From: Dehalococcoidia bacterium
GTDB taxonomy: Bacteria; Chloroflexota; Dehalococcoidia; Bin125
Reading direction: 5' to 3'
NCBI GenBank assembly: GCA_963663235.2
Contig: CAXXNO010000006.1
Location: forward strand, 1-64,000
DNA: 64,000 nt
Below the pieces are notes generated by a model. That model saw only the letters and a list, made by a program, of their open reading frames with translations. It was not told the DNA's origin and did not search any database. A program made the position numbers and the translations under genes. Numbering within the stretch: the stretch's first letter is position 1; each line of letters begins with the position of its first letter. This document shows positions 20,470 to 31,796 of this stretch, one piece after another.

Positions 20470-20546
20470 TGGCGCGCTCGGCGGGATTCGAACCCACGAC
20501 CTCTGCCTCCGCAGGGCAGCGCTCTAATCCACTGAGCTACGAGCGC
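20470..20546 (-). tRNA. tRNA-Arg(GCG)
   Basis: Cloverleaf; stem CTGCC/GGCAG, loop CTGCGGA; CCA. Confidence 0.92.
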
Positions 20547-20560
20547 GCGCGCCCATCCGT

Positions 20561-20647
20561 TGGTGCCGAAGGGGAGATTTGAACTCCCACGCCCTTACGG
20601 GCACTACGCCCTGAACGTAGCGCGTCTGCCAATTCCGCCACTTCGGC
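20561..20647 (-). tRNA. tRNA-Leu(CAG)
   Basis: Long variable arm; loop TTCAGGG; CCA. Confidence 0.95.
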
Positions 20648-20660
20648 GTGACCGTACGTC

Positions 20661-20737
20661 TGGTGGGCGATGGAGGACTTGAACCTCCGACCTTCCGGAT
20701 GTGAACCGGACGCTCTGGCCGACTGAGCTAATCGCCC
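20661..20737 (-). tRNA. tRNA-Val(CAC)
   Basis: Loop TTCACAT; CCA. Confidence 0.95.
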
Positions 20738-20758
20738 CCGCTCTCCACTTGGGACCGT

Positions 20759-20833
20759 TGGTAGCAGCGGCAGGATTCGAACCTGCGACATGAGGCTTAT
20801 GAGTCCCCTGCTCTACCACTGAGCTACGCTGCC
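20759..20833 (-). tRNA. tRNA with CAT anticodon (probably elongator Met; Ile2 not excluded)
   Basis: Loop CTCATAA; G1:U72; no fMet C1 mismatch. Confidence 0.85.
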
Positions 20834-20859
20834 GTATCCTTGGGCAGCGACCGAAGGCG

Positions 20860-20889
20860 ATGCTAACAACCACGACTTTCGCCGGTCAA
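20860..20889 (-). promoter_or_regulatory. Promoter of the tRNA cluster (TTGACC-N18-TAGCAT)
   Basis: Consensus hexamers just upstream of tRNA-Met. Confidence 0.6.
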
Positions 20890-20973
20890 ACAGCCAATGC
20901 CCTGGCCGCTCTGTGGGGACCACCGTCCGATCCAAATTATACCCTGCGGGCGTAACTCAAGCAGACGGCTGCG

Positions 20974-22149
20974 ATGAATAGAACGCTGGCCTTTTTTCGC
21001 GGTTTCGAATTAACACTGCTGAAGCGCCCCGACAGCCGGCGCGGCGCGCTGCTGCGGCTGGCCGTCGTGGGCGCGGTTGTTGTCGCGGGCATTGCCCCCT
21101 TCCTCCTGACGAGCGTTGCGCAGGACGTCCGCGAGATCGCGGGAGTCCGCTTTCTGGAGTACCTAGATGAACTAGAGGAGGTCCGCGCGCGGATCAATCT
21201 GCTTGAAGAGGACCCGAACACGGGGCCGTCTGAACTGCAAGCGTTGCGCGTCCGCGAGGCGGAACTCGAAGAGTTGACCACGCTGGGTTACCTCCCCCGG
21301 GACGGTGACTCGCCCCGCGAGGGCAGGCTTGCGCCCGATTTCCGCCTGTTGGACCTAGAAGGCCATCCGTTCCGGCTGAGCGATGTCGGCGGGCCCGCCG
21401 TCGTGAACTTTTGGGCCTCCTGGTGCCCCTTCTGCATCGACGAGATGCCGGACTTTCAGCGTATCCAAGAAATGGTGGGCGACCAGGTCACGATCATTGG
21501 CATCAACCGCGCCGATTCGCTCCTGACCGCCCGGCGCTTCGCCGATGAGACCGGCGCCCGCTACACCCTGTTGCTGGACCCCGAGGACGACCTCGGCGGC
21601 GGCGGCGGCCCCTACCGCGTGATCGGCATGCCGACGACCTTCTACGTGGCGGCGGATGGGCGCATCACGGAAGTCGCCATTGGCTTCCAGACCATCGAGT
21701 CGATCTCGGAGGCGGTCGGCCGGCTGTTAGGCGAAGAGATCCCCGTCCACGAGCCAACCGACACCGGTTTCGAAGCGCGGGTGACGAAGTTCATCGCATC
21801 GCAGCGGGCCAATCACGCGGTCGCTGGCGAGCTGTTTGCCCGTTTCGCCGCCAATCCGCAGGTGGTATCGGACATCGTCTGGCAGCGCAATGTGGTCGGG
21901 CAGGCGCGGGCCTGGGTCGTGAACCTCCAGCAGCTGCAGGCCATCTCGCCGACCGAGTCCCTGGCAGCGCTCCATGCTCAGGTTGTTGATGCGATGCTGA
22001 TCCTGGACACAGCGGCGGCGTTGCTCGAGATCGGCGTGGACACCGCCGACGCTGAGCAGATCGGTCGCGGCATCGACATCTTCCAGGCAGGCGTCCCGGC
22101 GTTCGACGAAGCCGCCGCTGACCTGACCGAATCGCTTGCGCTGGACTGA
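20974..22149 (+). CDS. Membrane-anchored TlpA/ResA-family thiol-disulfide oxidoreductase with C-terminal helical domain
   Basis: TM helix; APDFRL.DLEG; VNFWASWCPFC; GMPTT. Confidence 0.85.
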   Translation: MNRTLAFFRGFELTLLKRPDSRRGALLRLAVVGAVVVAGIAPFLLTSVAQDVREIAGVRFLEYLDELEEVRARINLLEEDPNTGPSELQALRVREAELEELTTLGYLPRDGDSPREGRLAPDFRLLDLEGHPFRLSDVGGPAVVNFWASWCPFCIDEMPDFQRIQEMVGDQVTIIGINRADSLLTARRFADETGARYTLLLDPEDDLGGGGGPYRVIGMPTTFYVAADGRITEVAIGFQTIESISEAVGRLLGEEIPVHEPTDTGFEARVTKFIASQRANHAVAGELFARFAANPQVVSDIVWQRNVVGQARAWVVNLQQLQAISPTESLAALHAQVVDAMLILDTAAALLEIGVDTADAEQIGRGIDIFQAGVPAFDEAAADLTESLALD

Positions 22150-22168
22150 CCGACATTCCCGCGCCCGC

Positions 22169-22198
22169 TTGACCCCCCCAAGCGTCGCTTCCTAGGCT
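22169..22198 (+). promoter_or_regulatory. Promoter of tRNA-Val (TTGACC-N18-TAGGCT)
   Basis: Consensus hexamers 30 bp upstream of the tRNA. Confidence 0.55.
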
Positions 22199-22228
22199 CG
22201 AATCGCAGCGGAGTGGACCACAGATCGC

Positions 22229-22305
22229 GGGCGATTAGCTCAGTTGGCGAGAGCATCCGGTTTACACCCGGAAGGTCGGAGGTTCGAGTCCCCCATCGCC
22301 CACCA
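22229..22305 (+). tRNA. tRNA-Val(TAC)
   Basis: Loop TTTACAC; CCA. Confidence 0.95.
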
Positions 22306-22333
22306 GTCTCCGTCCCGCGCGGCAGAGGGCAGA

Positions 22334-22363
22334 TTGACACCATCTGATCTACGCTCCTAGCCT
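22334..22363 (+). promoter_or_regulatory. Promoter of the mutase operon (TTGACA-N18-TAGCCT)
   Basis: Same hexamers and spacing as the tRNA-Ala promoter. Confidence 0.55.
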
Positions 22364-22417
22364 CGACGCGAAAGCGCTGAAGCGGCAAAGCGGTCCATTG
22401 CTGTGTGAGGAGCGTTC

Positions 22418-24106
22418 ATGAGCAGCACGCTGGCGGAGTGGCTGGGGACCACGTACCGTAAGGCCATCGCGAAGAGCCCCGAACGGCGCAAGGCGTTTCT
22501 TCGTACCAGCGGCGAGCCGATCGTACCCGTATCGGCCCTGCCCAACAGCGATGGTGACCCCGCCGACCTCGGATTCCCGGGCGAGTATCCCTTCACCCGT
22601 GGCATCCAGCCGAGCATGTACCGGGGCCGCCTCTGGACTATGCGCCAGTACGCGGGCCAGGAGGACGCGGAGGCCAGCAACCGGCGCTACCGCTTCCTGC
22701 TTGAGCAAGGACAGACCGGCCTCTCCGTGGCGTTCGATCTGCCTACCCAGATTGGCTACGACTCGGATCACTCGAAGGCAGCCGGCGAGGTTGGAAAGGT
22801 CGGCGTGGCCATCGATTCCATCGAGGACATGCGCGACTTGTTTCGCGATATCCCTCTGGACCAGGTGACGACGTCGATGACGATCAACGCCACAGCGTCC
22901 ATCTTGCTGGCGCTCTACCTTGCCGTGGGCGAAGAACAGGGTGTCGCCCGCGCCGATCTAGGCGGCACCATCCAGAACGATATCCTCAAGGAGTACGTCG
23001 CCCGCGGAACGTATATCTACCCGCCGACGCCCTCCTTGCGGCTGATCACCGACACCCTCGACTTTTGCGCACGAGAGGTACCGCGCTGGAACAGCATCTC
23101 CATCAGCGGCTATCACATGCGGGAGGCGGGGTGCACGGCCGCCCAGGAGGTCGGCTTCACCCTGGCGAACGCCGTTGCCTATGCTGAAGCAGCGCTCGCT
23201 GCTGGCCAGGAGTTCGATCGCTTCGGCCAGCAACTGTCCTTCTTCTTCGCTTGTCACTCCAACTTCCTAGAGGAGGTGGCCAAATTCCGCGCTGCCCGCC
23301 GTCTCTGGGCGCGGATCGCGGTGCAGCGCTTCAAGGCGACGAATGACCGGGCCAAGATGCTGCGCTTCCATACGCAGACCGGCGGCGTGACCCTCACGGC
23401 GCAGCAGCCGGACAACAACGTGGTGCGCACGACCTTGCAGGCGCTGGCTGCGGTCTTGGGGGGCACGCAATCGCTTCATACCAACTCGCTCGACGAGGCG
23501 CTCGGGTTGCCCAGTGAGCACGCGGTGGAGATCGCGCTGCGCACGCAGCAGATTCTCGCCTACGAGAGCGGCATCGCCGACGTGATCGATCCGCTGGGCG
23601 GTTCGTACGCGGTCGAGGAGCTCACCGACGAAATCGAAGAAGAGGCGCGCGGGTACATCGACAAGATCGATGCCTTGGGCGGCGCCGTCGCGGCGATCGA
23701 GGCTGGCTACCCGCAACGCGAGATCACGGAAGCCGCCTACCGGCTCCAAATGGAGTTCGAGAAAGAGACGGACGCGGCGCGCAGCCGGAGCGCGCCGGCC
23801 GGCGCGGAAGGGCGTGTCGTCGTGGGGGTGAATCGCTTTGTTAGCGAGAGCCCACTGGGGGTGGACGTCGTGCGCGTCGACCCAGCGGTGGGCGCCCGCC
23901 AGGCGGAGAAGCTCCAGCGGCTACGGGACGGCCGCGACCCCGTAGCCGCGCGGGCCGCCGCCGACCGCATCCAGCAGGCGGCCGCCACAGATGAGAACTT
24001 GATGCCCTTGATCATCGAGGCTGTCAAAGCGCAGGTCACGCTCGGCGAGATCTCGGACGGACTCCGGGCCGTCTGGGGCGAACAGCGCGAGGCGGTCGTC
24101 GTCTGA
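22418..24106 (+). CDS. Methylmalonyl-CoA mutase, large (substrate-binding) subunit
   Basis: [38 protein letters not shown]; Tyr/Arg specificity pair fits methylmalonyl-CoA. Confidence 0.95.
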   Translation: MSSTLAEWLGTTYRKAIAKSPERRKAFLRTSGEPIVPVSALPNSDGDPADLGFPGEYPFTRGIQPSMYRGRLWTMRQYAGQEDAEASNRRYRFLLEQGQTGLSVAFDLPTQIGYDSDHSKAAGEVGKVGVAIDSIEDMRDLFRDIPLDQVTTSMTINATASILLALYLAVGEEQGVARADLGGTIQNDILKEYVARGTYIYPPTPSLRLITDTLDFCAREVPRWNSISISGYHMREAGCTAAQEVGFTLANAVAYAEAALAAGQEFDRFGQQLSFFFACHSNFLEEVAKFRAARRLWARIAVQRFKATNDRAKMLRFHTQTGGVTLTAQQPDNNVVRTTLQALAAVLGGTQSLHTNSLDEALGLPSEHAVEIALRTQQILAYESGIADVIDPLGGSYAVEELTDEIEEEARGYIDKIDALGGAVAAIEAGYPQREITEAAYRLQMEFEKETDAARSRSAPAGAEGRVVVGVNRFVSESPLGVDVVRVDPAVGARQAEKLQRLRDGRDPVAARAAADRIQQAAATDENLMPLIIEAVKAQVTLGEISDGLRAVWGEQREAVVV

Positions 24107-24149
24107 GCGGCACCGGCGTTCCATCTCCACGGAGGAAAAGAGGATAGCA

Positions 24150-25040
24150 ATGGCCCTAAACGTGAACCGGATTCACCATATCGGGATTCTCTTGCACGAC
24201 GCGGAATCGGCGCTTCCGCTCTACCGCGACACCTTGGGGATGCCGGTGGTGAAGGACGAGATCCTCGAGGACCAAGGCGTCCGTGGCATCGTGCTCGACG
24301 CCGGCGACGGCGCGATTGAGCTCTTGGAGCCGATCCGAGACGACACCGGCGCCGCTCGCTTCTTGAAGGAGCGCGGCGAGGATATCCACCACGTTTGCTT
24401 CGAGACCGACGATGTCGCCGCGGAGTTGCAGAGGGCGAAAGCGCTTGGCATGCAATTAATCGACGAGACGCCGCGTCACGGGCTGGCGGGCATGGTGGGG
24501 TTCATCCATCCACGCTCAAGCCACGGCGTGCTCGTGGAGCTTGCCCAGCCCACCGAGGAACGTGAGTCCGCGCCGGTCACCGCTGACCCGAACCGCCCGT
24601 TCGGCATTTCTGGAATCGATCACGTGGGCATCGCCGTCCGCGACATCCATGCCGGCGCGGAGCACTTCAGCGAGAAATTCAACATGCCGGTCTTCAAGGA
24701 GTGGGGTCCTGAGGAAGAGACTGGCCTGGAGTCGATTAGTGTGGCTATCGGCGCCGGCTACCTGGAGATCGTCACGTCGCACGACCCGACTGATGCGAAT
24801 GTTTACGTCGAGCGATTTCTGCGCCAGCACGGAGACGGCATCGCCATGATGTCGCTCAAGGTGCGCAATTTCCCCGCCGCGCTCGAGTCCATCGGCGCCA
24901 GCGGCTATTCACTGACCGAGCCGGTCTACTACCCGCACAAGATGGTGCTGGGCCGTCCCCTGATGCACATCCCCCGAAAGCAGGCGAGCGGTGTGCGCCT
25001 TCAGCTCTTGGCGGAAAGCCCCGTCGAGTTGAAGAGCTAG
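24150..25040 (+). CDS. mce: Methylmalonyl-CoA epimerase with a second VOC domain
   Basis: [32 protein letters not shown]; second domain DHVGIAV. Confidence 0.85.
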   Translation: MALNVNRIHHIGILLHDAESALPLYRDTLGMPVVKDEILEDQGVRGIVLDAGDGAIELLEPIRDDTGAARFLKERGEDIHHVCFETDDVAAELQRAKALGMQLIDETPRHGLAGMVGFIHPRSSHGVLVELAQPTEERESAPVTADPNRPFGISGIDHVGIAVRDIHAGAEHFSEKFNMPVFKEWGPEEETGLESISVAIGAGYLEIVTSHDPTDANVYVERFLRQHGDGIAMMSLKVRNFPAALESIGASGYSLTEPVYYPHKMVLGRPLMHIPRKQASGVRLQLLAESPVELKS

Positions 25041-25119
25041 GGCGGTCGCCCGCGGCCGTCTCGCGCGCTTCCGCGCGGTACGCTACTGTCGGCAGCGCGC
25101 TCCACGGGAAGGGCAGGGA

Positions 25120-25530
25120 ATGCCCGAACGCAACATCCGGGTGCTGATCGCCAAGCCGGGCCTCGACGGACACGATCGCGGGGCCAAAGTGGTCGCCCGC
25201 GCCCTGCGCGACGCGGGCATGGAAGTGATCTACACCGGGATCCGTCAGACGGCAGAGATGATCGCAGAGGCTGCACTTCAAGAGGATGTCGACGTGGTGG
25301 GCCTGAGCATCCTCTCCGGCGCGCATCTGGAGTTGTTTCCCGCGGTGATGCAAGCGTGTCGCGATCGCGGGGTCACGCCGGACAAGACACTCTTTTTCTG
25401 CGGGGGCATCATCCCCGATGAGGATCTCCCCCGGATGCGCGAGATCGGCTTCAAGGCGATATTCGGCCCGGGAGCGAACACGAACGATATCGTCGCCTTC
25501 GTGCGCGAACATGTGACGGCGCCCGTCTAA
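25120..25530 (+). CDS. Methylmalonyl-CoA mutase B12-binding small subunit
   Basis: [22 protein letters not shown]. Confidence 0.95.
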   Translation: MPERNIRVLIAKPGLDGHDRGAKVVARALRDAGMEVIYTGIRQTAEMIAEAALQEDVDVVGLSILSGAHLELFPAVMQACRDRGVTPDKTLFFCGGIIPDEDLPRMREIGFKAIFGPGANTNDIVAFVREHVTAPV

Positions 25531-25533
25531 TCG

Positions 25534-26487
25534 ATGCCGGAACCCGGCGATGATCTCCAGGCGCGCTTCCTTCAGGGCGACCGGCGTGCGCTCGCCCGTC
25601 TCATCACCGATGTGGAGAACGGTACCGAGCGCGGCCGCACAGCGTTGCGAGCACTCTACGCCCGCACCGGTCAGGCTCGGACGATTGGCATCACTGGTCC
25701 GCCGGGATCAGGCAAGAGCACTCTGACGAACGAGTTGGCTAAGGCGTACCGGCGGCGCGGCCGCACGGTGGGCATCGTGGCCGTCGACCCGTCGAGTCCG
25801 TATACCCAGGGCGCAATCCTCGGCGACCGCGTGCGAATGCAGGAGTTGACCGCGGATCCGGAGATCTTCGTGCGCAGCCTCGCTAGCCGGGGCACCCTGG
25901 GCGGTCTCTCCGGCGCGACGATGGATGTGATCGCCCTGCTCGATGCCTTCGGCAAGGACGTGATCCTGATCGAAACCGTCGGCGCGGGGCAGGATGAGGT
26001 GGAGATCGCGGGGGCCGCACAGAGCACTGTGCTCGTGAACACCCCTGGCGCCGGCGATGATATCCAGACGATGAAGGCGGGGATCATGGAGATCGCCGAT
26101 GTTCTGGCGGTCAACAAGGCCGACTTGCCAGGCGCGGATGTCCTGATCAGCCAACTGCGCGCGTTGCTTTCCCTGCTGCCAACTCGGGGCTGGAAGCCGC
26201 CGATCGTGCGTTTGATCGCGACGGACGGCTCGGGCATCGAGGATCTGCTGGACGCCTGTGAGGGGCACTACGCGTTCTTGCAGGAGAACGGGCGCCTGGC
26301 CGAGGCCGACCGCCAGCGCACCCGGCACCAGTTGCTGGCGCTGACCCGCGCCCACCTCCTTGCCGGCCTCCTGAATGACACCGGTGGCGCGGAGCGGCTT
26401 GATGCACTGGTCGACGCGATCGTGGCCCGACAGATCGACCCGCATACGGCGGCCGAGCGCTGGATCGCTCAGGAGGCGCACACCTGA
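25534..26487 (+). CDS. meaB: Mutase-associated GTPase MeaB
   Basis: GPPGSGKST, VDPSSP..GAILGDRVRM, ETVG.GQ, NKAD. Confidence 0.95.
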   Translation: MPEPGDDLQARFLQGDRRALARLITDVENGTERGRTALRALYARTGQARTIGITGPPGSGKSTLTNELAKAYRRRGRTVGIVAVDPSSPYTQGAILGDRVRMQELTADPEIFVRSLASRGTLGGLSGATMDVIALLDAFGKDVILIETVGAGQDEVEIAGAAQSTVLVNTPGAGDDIQTMKAGIMEIADVLAVNKADLPGADVLISQLRALLSLLPTRGWKPPIVRLIATDGSGIEDLLDACEGHYAFLQENGRLAEADRQRTRHQLLALTRAHLLAGLLNDTGGAERLDALVDAIVARQIDPHTAAERWIAQEAHT

Positions 26488-26523
26488 CCCGGCGCCGGCT
26501 TCCGCTGGTACGCTGTGGTCGCC

Positions 26524-27222
26524 ATGAAGGTCCAGCGCCTGCGCGTCACGTTCGCCCGCGATGAGGAGCAGAAATACATCACGCACCTCGATCTGATGCG
26601 GGCATGGGAACGAGTGCTTGAGCGCGCTCGAGTTCCGGTGGCGTTGTCCAAGGGCTTCTCCCCGCGACCGCGCATCGCCCTGGCGGCTCCGCTCGCCGTG
26701 GGCGTGACGTCCGACTGTGAGGTGTTGGACGTGTTTCTGTCCGAGCGGATGCCGCTCGCGCGATTTATTGTGGACATTCAGGCCCAACTCCCCAACGGCA
26801 TCCGGCTCATTGACGTGACGGAGGCACCGCTAGGCATGCCGTCTCTCCAATCGCTGCTACAGGCGGCGGTGTACGTCGTCGAGGTGACTGATCCGCGCCC
26901 AATCGAACAATTGCAGCGTGCCCTCGATGAGGTGCTAGCCCGCGACGAGCTCCCCTGGGAGCACCGCCGCGGCGACGATGTGCGGCGCTACGACCTCCGC
27001 GCTCTGATCTTCGATATCCGTGTTTGCCGCTCACCGCAAGGAACGGTCCAGCTCACCATGCGCTTGCGCGCCGACGAGCAGGGCTCCGGACGCCCTGAGC
27101 AGGTGACGGCCGCGCTCGGCATCACCGAGCGACCGCTTCGCATCCACCGGTCCCGTCTGGAGATTCAGCAGCCGTCCCTCGCCCTGGCCGCCCACCGGGC
27201 TGCGGGTCGCCTGGCCGATTGA
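26524..27222 (+). CDS. Radical-SAM-associated protein (TIGR03936/DUF2344-like)
   Basis: YITHLDLMR.WER..RA..P...S.GF.P.PRI...APL..G. Confidence 0.8.
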   Translation: MKVQRLRVTFARDEEQKYITHLDLMRAWERVLERARVPVALSKGFSPRPRIALAAPLAVGVTSDCEVLDVFLSERMPLARFIVDIQAQLPNGIRLIDVTEAPLGMPSLQSLLQAAVYVVEVTDPRPIEQLQRALDEVLARDELPWEHRRGDDVRRYDLRALIFDIRVCRSPQGTVQLTMRLRADEQGSGRPEQVTAALGITERPLRIHRSRLEIQQPSLALAAHRAAGRLAD

Positions 27223-27226
27223 CATC

Positions 27227-27847
27227 GTGGCGCGCCTCATCTTGGTCCGCCACGCTGAGTCGGTCTCCAATCGCGAGCGACGCGCTCTCGGCCGCGGGGA
27301 TCCGCCGCTCACAGAGGTTGGCCTGGGCCAAACGCTGGCTTTGCGCGCCGCGTTGCGGGACGAGACGCTCCACTGTGTTCTCTCCAGCCCCTTGCGGCGG
27401 GCTTACCACACGGCGGAGGCGATCGCCGCGGAACACGGCCTCGAGGTGCAGGCCGAGGAGGGACTGACGGAGCTGGACATTGGCGAGATGGAGGGGCTGT
27501 CCTACGCCGAGGCACAGGAGCGATACCCGCAGCTTCTGGCGGCTTGGCGGGGGGAGACGGGCGCGACGGTCAGGATGCCCGGCGGTGAGACACTGGCCGA
27601 AGTGCAGGAGCGCGCCTGGGCCGTAGTGGAACCGATTCTCGCGGCTGTCGGAAATGAGAGCACGGTGGTGGTCACGCATAACTGGGTGCTCCGCGCCATC
27701 ATCTGTCGAGCGCAAGCGATCGATCTGAAGGAGTTCCACCGCTATGAAGTCGGCCTCGCGTCACGGACGGTGCTGGACTACGTGAACGGTCGTGGCGTCC
27801 TGAGCGTCTTCAATGATGCCCGCCACTTGGATGATGCGCCCTCCTAG
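27227..27847 (+). CDS. Histidine phosphatase family protein
   Basis: LVRHAE, SSPL.RA..TA, E.D.G..EG, VVVTH. Confidence 0.9.
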   Translation: MARLILVRHAESVSNRERRALGRGDPPLTEVGLGQTLALRAALRDETLHCVLSSPLRRAYHTAEAIAAEHGLEVQAEEGLTELDIGEMEGLSYAEAQERYPQLLAAWRGETGATVRMPGGETLAEVQERAWAVVEPILAAVGNESTVVVTHNWVLRAIICRAQAIDLKEFHRYEVGLASRTVLDYVNGRGVLSVFNDARHLDDAPS

Positions 27848-27893
27848 CGGCGCGCTGTGGTAGCGTGCCTACGGTGGCGGTGCGGGAGGCCCG

Positions 27894-28316
27894 GTGGCCG
27901 ACGCTCCCCCTGGTTCGGCACAGTCAGCAGCACGCCCCGATCCTGCGCCCGTCGGCCGCGCCCGGCCATCGTCCCTTCGATTACTCCTCTTCTGCGCGGT
28001 GCTGACGTTCGTGGGCTATGTTGTCTTCAACGCCGTTGGCGGCTTGGTGGACGCCGGGCGGCTGGACGCGAGCGTCGTCGCCGTGCGAGAAGAGATCGAC
28101 GATCTCAAGTGGCAGGCGGAGCAACTCGCTGTGCTGGCCGCCTATCTGGACTCGGATGAATACGTGGAGCGCGTGGCACGCGAAGATCTCGGCCTGGTCC
28201 GCCCCGGCGAAGAGGCGTTCGCGGTCGAAGCGCCGCGTCGGCCGGGCTTGCCCATCCTCCGCACGCCTTGGTGGGCGAATCTCCTGCCGGCTCCGACCGA
28301 CGTGTCATCAGAGTAG
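27894..28316 (+). CDS. Septum formation initiator (FtsB/DivIC family)
   Basis: TM helix, coiled coil, YVERVAREDLGLVRPGE. Confidence 0.85.
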   Translation: MADAPPGSAQSAARPDPAPVGRARPSSLRLLLFCAVLTFVGYVVFNAVGGLVDAGRLDASVVAVREEIDDLKWQAEQLAVLAAYLDSDEYVERVAREDLGLVRPGEEAFAVEAPRRPGLPILRTPWWANLLPAPTDVSSE

Positions 28317-28325
28317 GTGTGAGCT

Positions 28326-29480
28326 GTGACGGGCGCCGCCGCCCGTCGTGTGCGCCCGATTCTCCACCGCATTGAGCGCTCTACGCTCGCGGCGCTTGAG
28401 ACCACGCAGCCATGTCGCCTGTTGGTGGCGCTCTCCGGCGGCGCGGATTCGTCGGCGGCGCTCATCGCGCTGACTGAGCGCGCCGCTCGCCACGGCTGGC
28501 GCGTCGAGGCAGCCTACCTCGATCACGGCATCGCTCCGCCTGCGGTGCGCTCCGGCTTCCGTCACACTGTCGAGGCCGTGACGGATCGCTTCGGGGTTCC
28601 TTTGCACACCGGCGCTGCCGACGTCCTGGCGCGCGCGGCCGCGAGCCGATTGGGGGTAGAGGAGGCGGCTCGGCGTGAGCGCTACGCGTTTCTGGCGCGG
28701 ACGGCCCGCGCTATCGATGTTGCCGCGGTAGTGACTGGACACACCAGCACGGATCAGGCTGAGACCGTACTGCTGCACCTGATTCGCGGCAGTGGGCTGG
28801 ATGGACTCGGCGGCATGCGCGTGCGCGCCCCTCTTCCTACCGCGGAGGCGGATGGGGCGCCGCCTCTGATCCGACCGCTGCTTTCAGTCTCCCGCTCGGA
28901 GACAGAGACGGTCTGCCGTGCGTTTGGCGTCGCGCCGGCTGACGACCCGGCCAACGGCGAACAGGCCTTCACGCGCAACCGAATCCGCCACGAGGTCGTG
29001 CCCCTTCTCCGGGAACTGAACCCGCAGGTGGAGGAAGCCTTGCGGCGCTTGGCCGATACCGCTCAGGCTGATGCCGACGCCCTCGATCAGGCCACCGCGA
29101 GAGCGGTGGCAGAGCTCACGCAGCGCGCGCGGCCTGGGCCGTTGGGAGTCAGCCGGCACGCACTGCTCCGGCAACCGCCCGCCGTCCGCCGGCGGGTCGT
29201 GCGCGCCTTGGCGCATTCGGCGGGGGCGCCCACGCTTTCCTATGAACGGACCGGGGCGCTGGTGGGGCTCCTCAACGATGGGGGTGGAGAGGTCGAGCTG
29301 GGCGGTGGGGTCACAGCCGAGGCTCGCCGCGATCGGCTCACGTTCCGTTTCAGTCGCGCCAACACGGGCAATGACAACGTTCTGAACCGCTTAGGTGATA
29401 TCCCACCTCTGCAGGAGGCGCGGCCCTCTGCAAGCGCGGCAAACCGTGCGAGTGTCAGTTCGATTGACGCCTCCTGGTGA
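28326..29480 (+). CDS. tilS: tRNA(Ile)-lysidine synthetase
   Basis: SGGADS, EEAARRERY, GH..DQAET, IRPLL, RNRIRH. Confidence 0.93.
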   Translation: MTGAAARRVRPILHRIERSTLAALETTQPCRLLVALSGGADSSAALIALTERAARHGWRVEAAYLDHGIAPPAVRSGFRHTVEAVTDRFGVPLHTGAADVLARAAASRLGVEEAARRERYAFLARTARAIDVAAVVTGHTSTDQAETVLLHLIRGSGLDGLGGMRVRAPLPTAEADGAPPLIRPLLSVSRSETETVCRAFGVAPADDPANGEQAFTRNRIRHEVVPLLRELNPQVEEALRRLADTAQADADALDQATARAVAELTQRARPGPLGVSRHALLRQPPAVRRRVVRALAHSAGAPTLSYERTGALVGLLNDGGGEVELGGGVTAEARRDRLTFRFSRANTGNDNVLNRLGDIPPLQEARPSASAANRASVSSIDASW

Positions 29481-29492
29481 GGGTGATATCTT
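29464..29492 (+). promoter_or_regulatory. rRNA promoter (TTGACG-N17-TATCTT, extended TG)
   Basis: ~210 bp upstream of 16S. Confidence 0.7.
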
Positions 29493-29700
29493 GTGGGCTC
29501 GCGCGGTAGAGTAAGCCCGCACCGCGGCAGCTGCGGCTGTCTGGATGGTGCGGGAAGCTGGATCGCCGGCGGCACCTTAACAACTGGAGAGCGGAAGCAC
29601 ATGTGCTTGGGCGGACTCTTCGCCCCTGGCGTTGGCGTTTTGCCAGTTGCTGGGGAAATGTGTGAGCAATACCTGTTCCGGAAACGGCGCAGGCAGCTTC

Positions 29701-31201
<1,501 letters not shown>

Positions 31202-31394
31202 AGGGAGTACCACCCCGGAGGAGCATTGCTCTTCGTCCGGAACTCCTAGGTCGATGGCAAGCCGGCCGGACCGTTTGTGGTCTCGTGCCGGTCCAAGGGG
31301 TTCGCCCAGCGTATGTGTCTTCCGCTCTCCAGCGGTTCAGGTGCCCCGGCTTCCGGCCGCGCCAGAGATGACTCTTCGCCGCGTGGTTGTGCGA

Positions 31395-31471
31395 GGGCCA
31401 TTAGCTCAGCTGGTTAGAGCGCAGTCCTGATAAGACTGAGGTCCCTGGTTCGAGTCCAGGATGGCCCACCA
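31395..31471 (+). tRNA. tRNA-Ile(GAT)
   Basis: Loop CTGATAA; CCA. Confidence 0.96.
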
Positions 31472-31485
31472 TCGTGGACCAGTCT

Positions 31486-31561
31486 GGGGCCGTAGCTCAG
31501 TCGGGAGAGCGCCGCCTTTGCAAGGCGGAGGTCAGGGGTTCGAAGCCCCTCGGCTCCACCA
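31486..31561 (+). tRNA. tRNA-Ala(TGC)
   Basis: Loop TTTGCAA; CCA. Confidence 0.96.
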
Positions 31562-31603
31562 TGATGGTGGTCCCGCATGCAGATTTGGTGATAAGAGTGA
31601 GGT

Positions 31604-31720
31604 GCTGGTGATTAGAGCGCGGTGGAACCACTCGTTCCCATCCCGAACACGGAAGTGAAACGCCGCAGCGCTGACGATACTTGGGGGGCAACCCCTTGTG
31701 GAAAATAGGCCATCGCCAGT
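31604..31720 (+). rRNA. rrf: 5S rRNA
   Basis: CCCATCCCGAACACGGAAGTGAA core; paired termini GCTGGTGAT/ATCGCCAGT. Confidence 0.93.
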
Positions 31721-31732
31721 ACCGCTCTTCAT

Positions 31733-31752
31733 GGCCCGTCGCAAGACGGGCC
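31733..31752 (+). terminator. Hairpin after 5S
   Basis: GGCCCGTC-GCAA-GACGGGCC followed by a pyrimidine tract. Confidence 0.7.
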
Positions 31753-31796
31753 TCTCCATTTCCGCTTCCTCTCGCTGCCGTGCTACCCTCCGGCTC

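Noticed and set aside
22306-22417. Cobalamin riboswitch upstream of the mutase operon
   Set aside because: Gap too short and no B12-box recognised
22418-24106. Isobutyryl- or hydroxyisobutyryl-CoA mutase assignment
   Set aside because: RQYAG Tyr and the ARG Arg match methylmalonyl-CoA specificity
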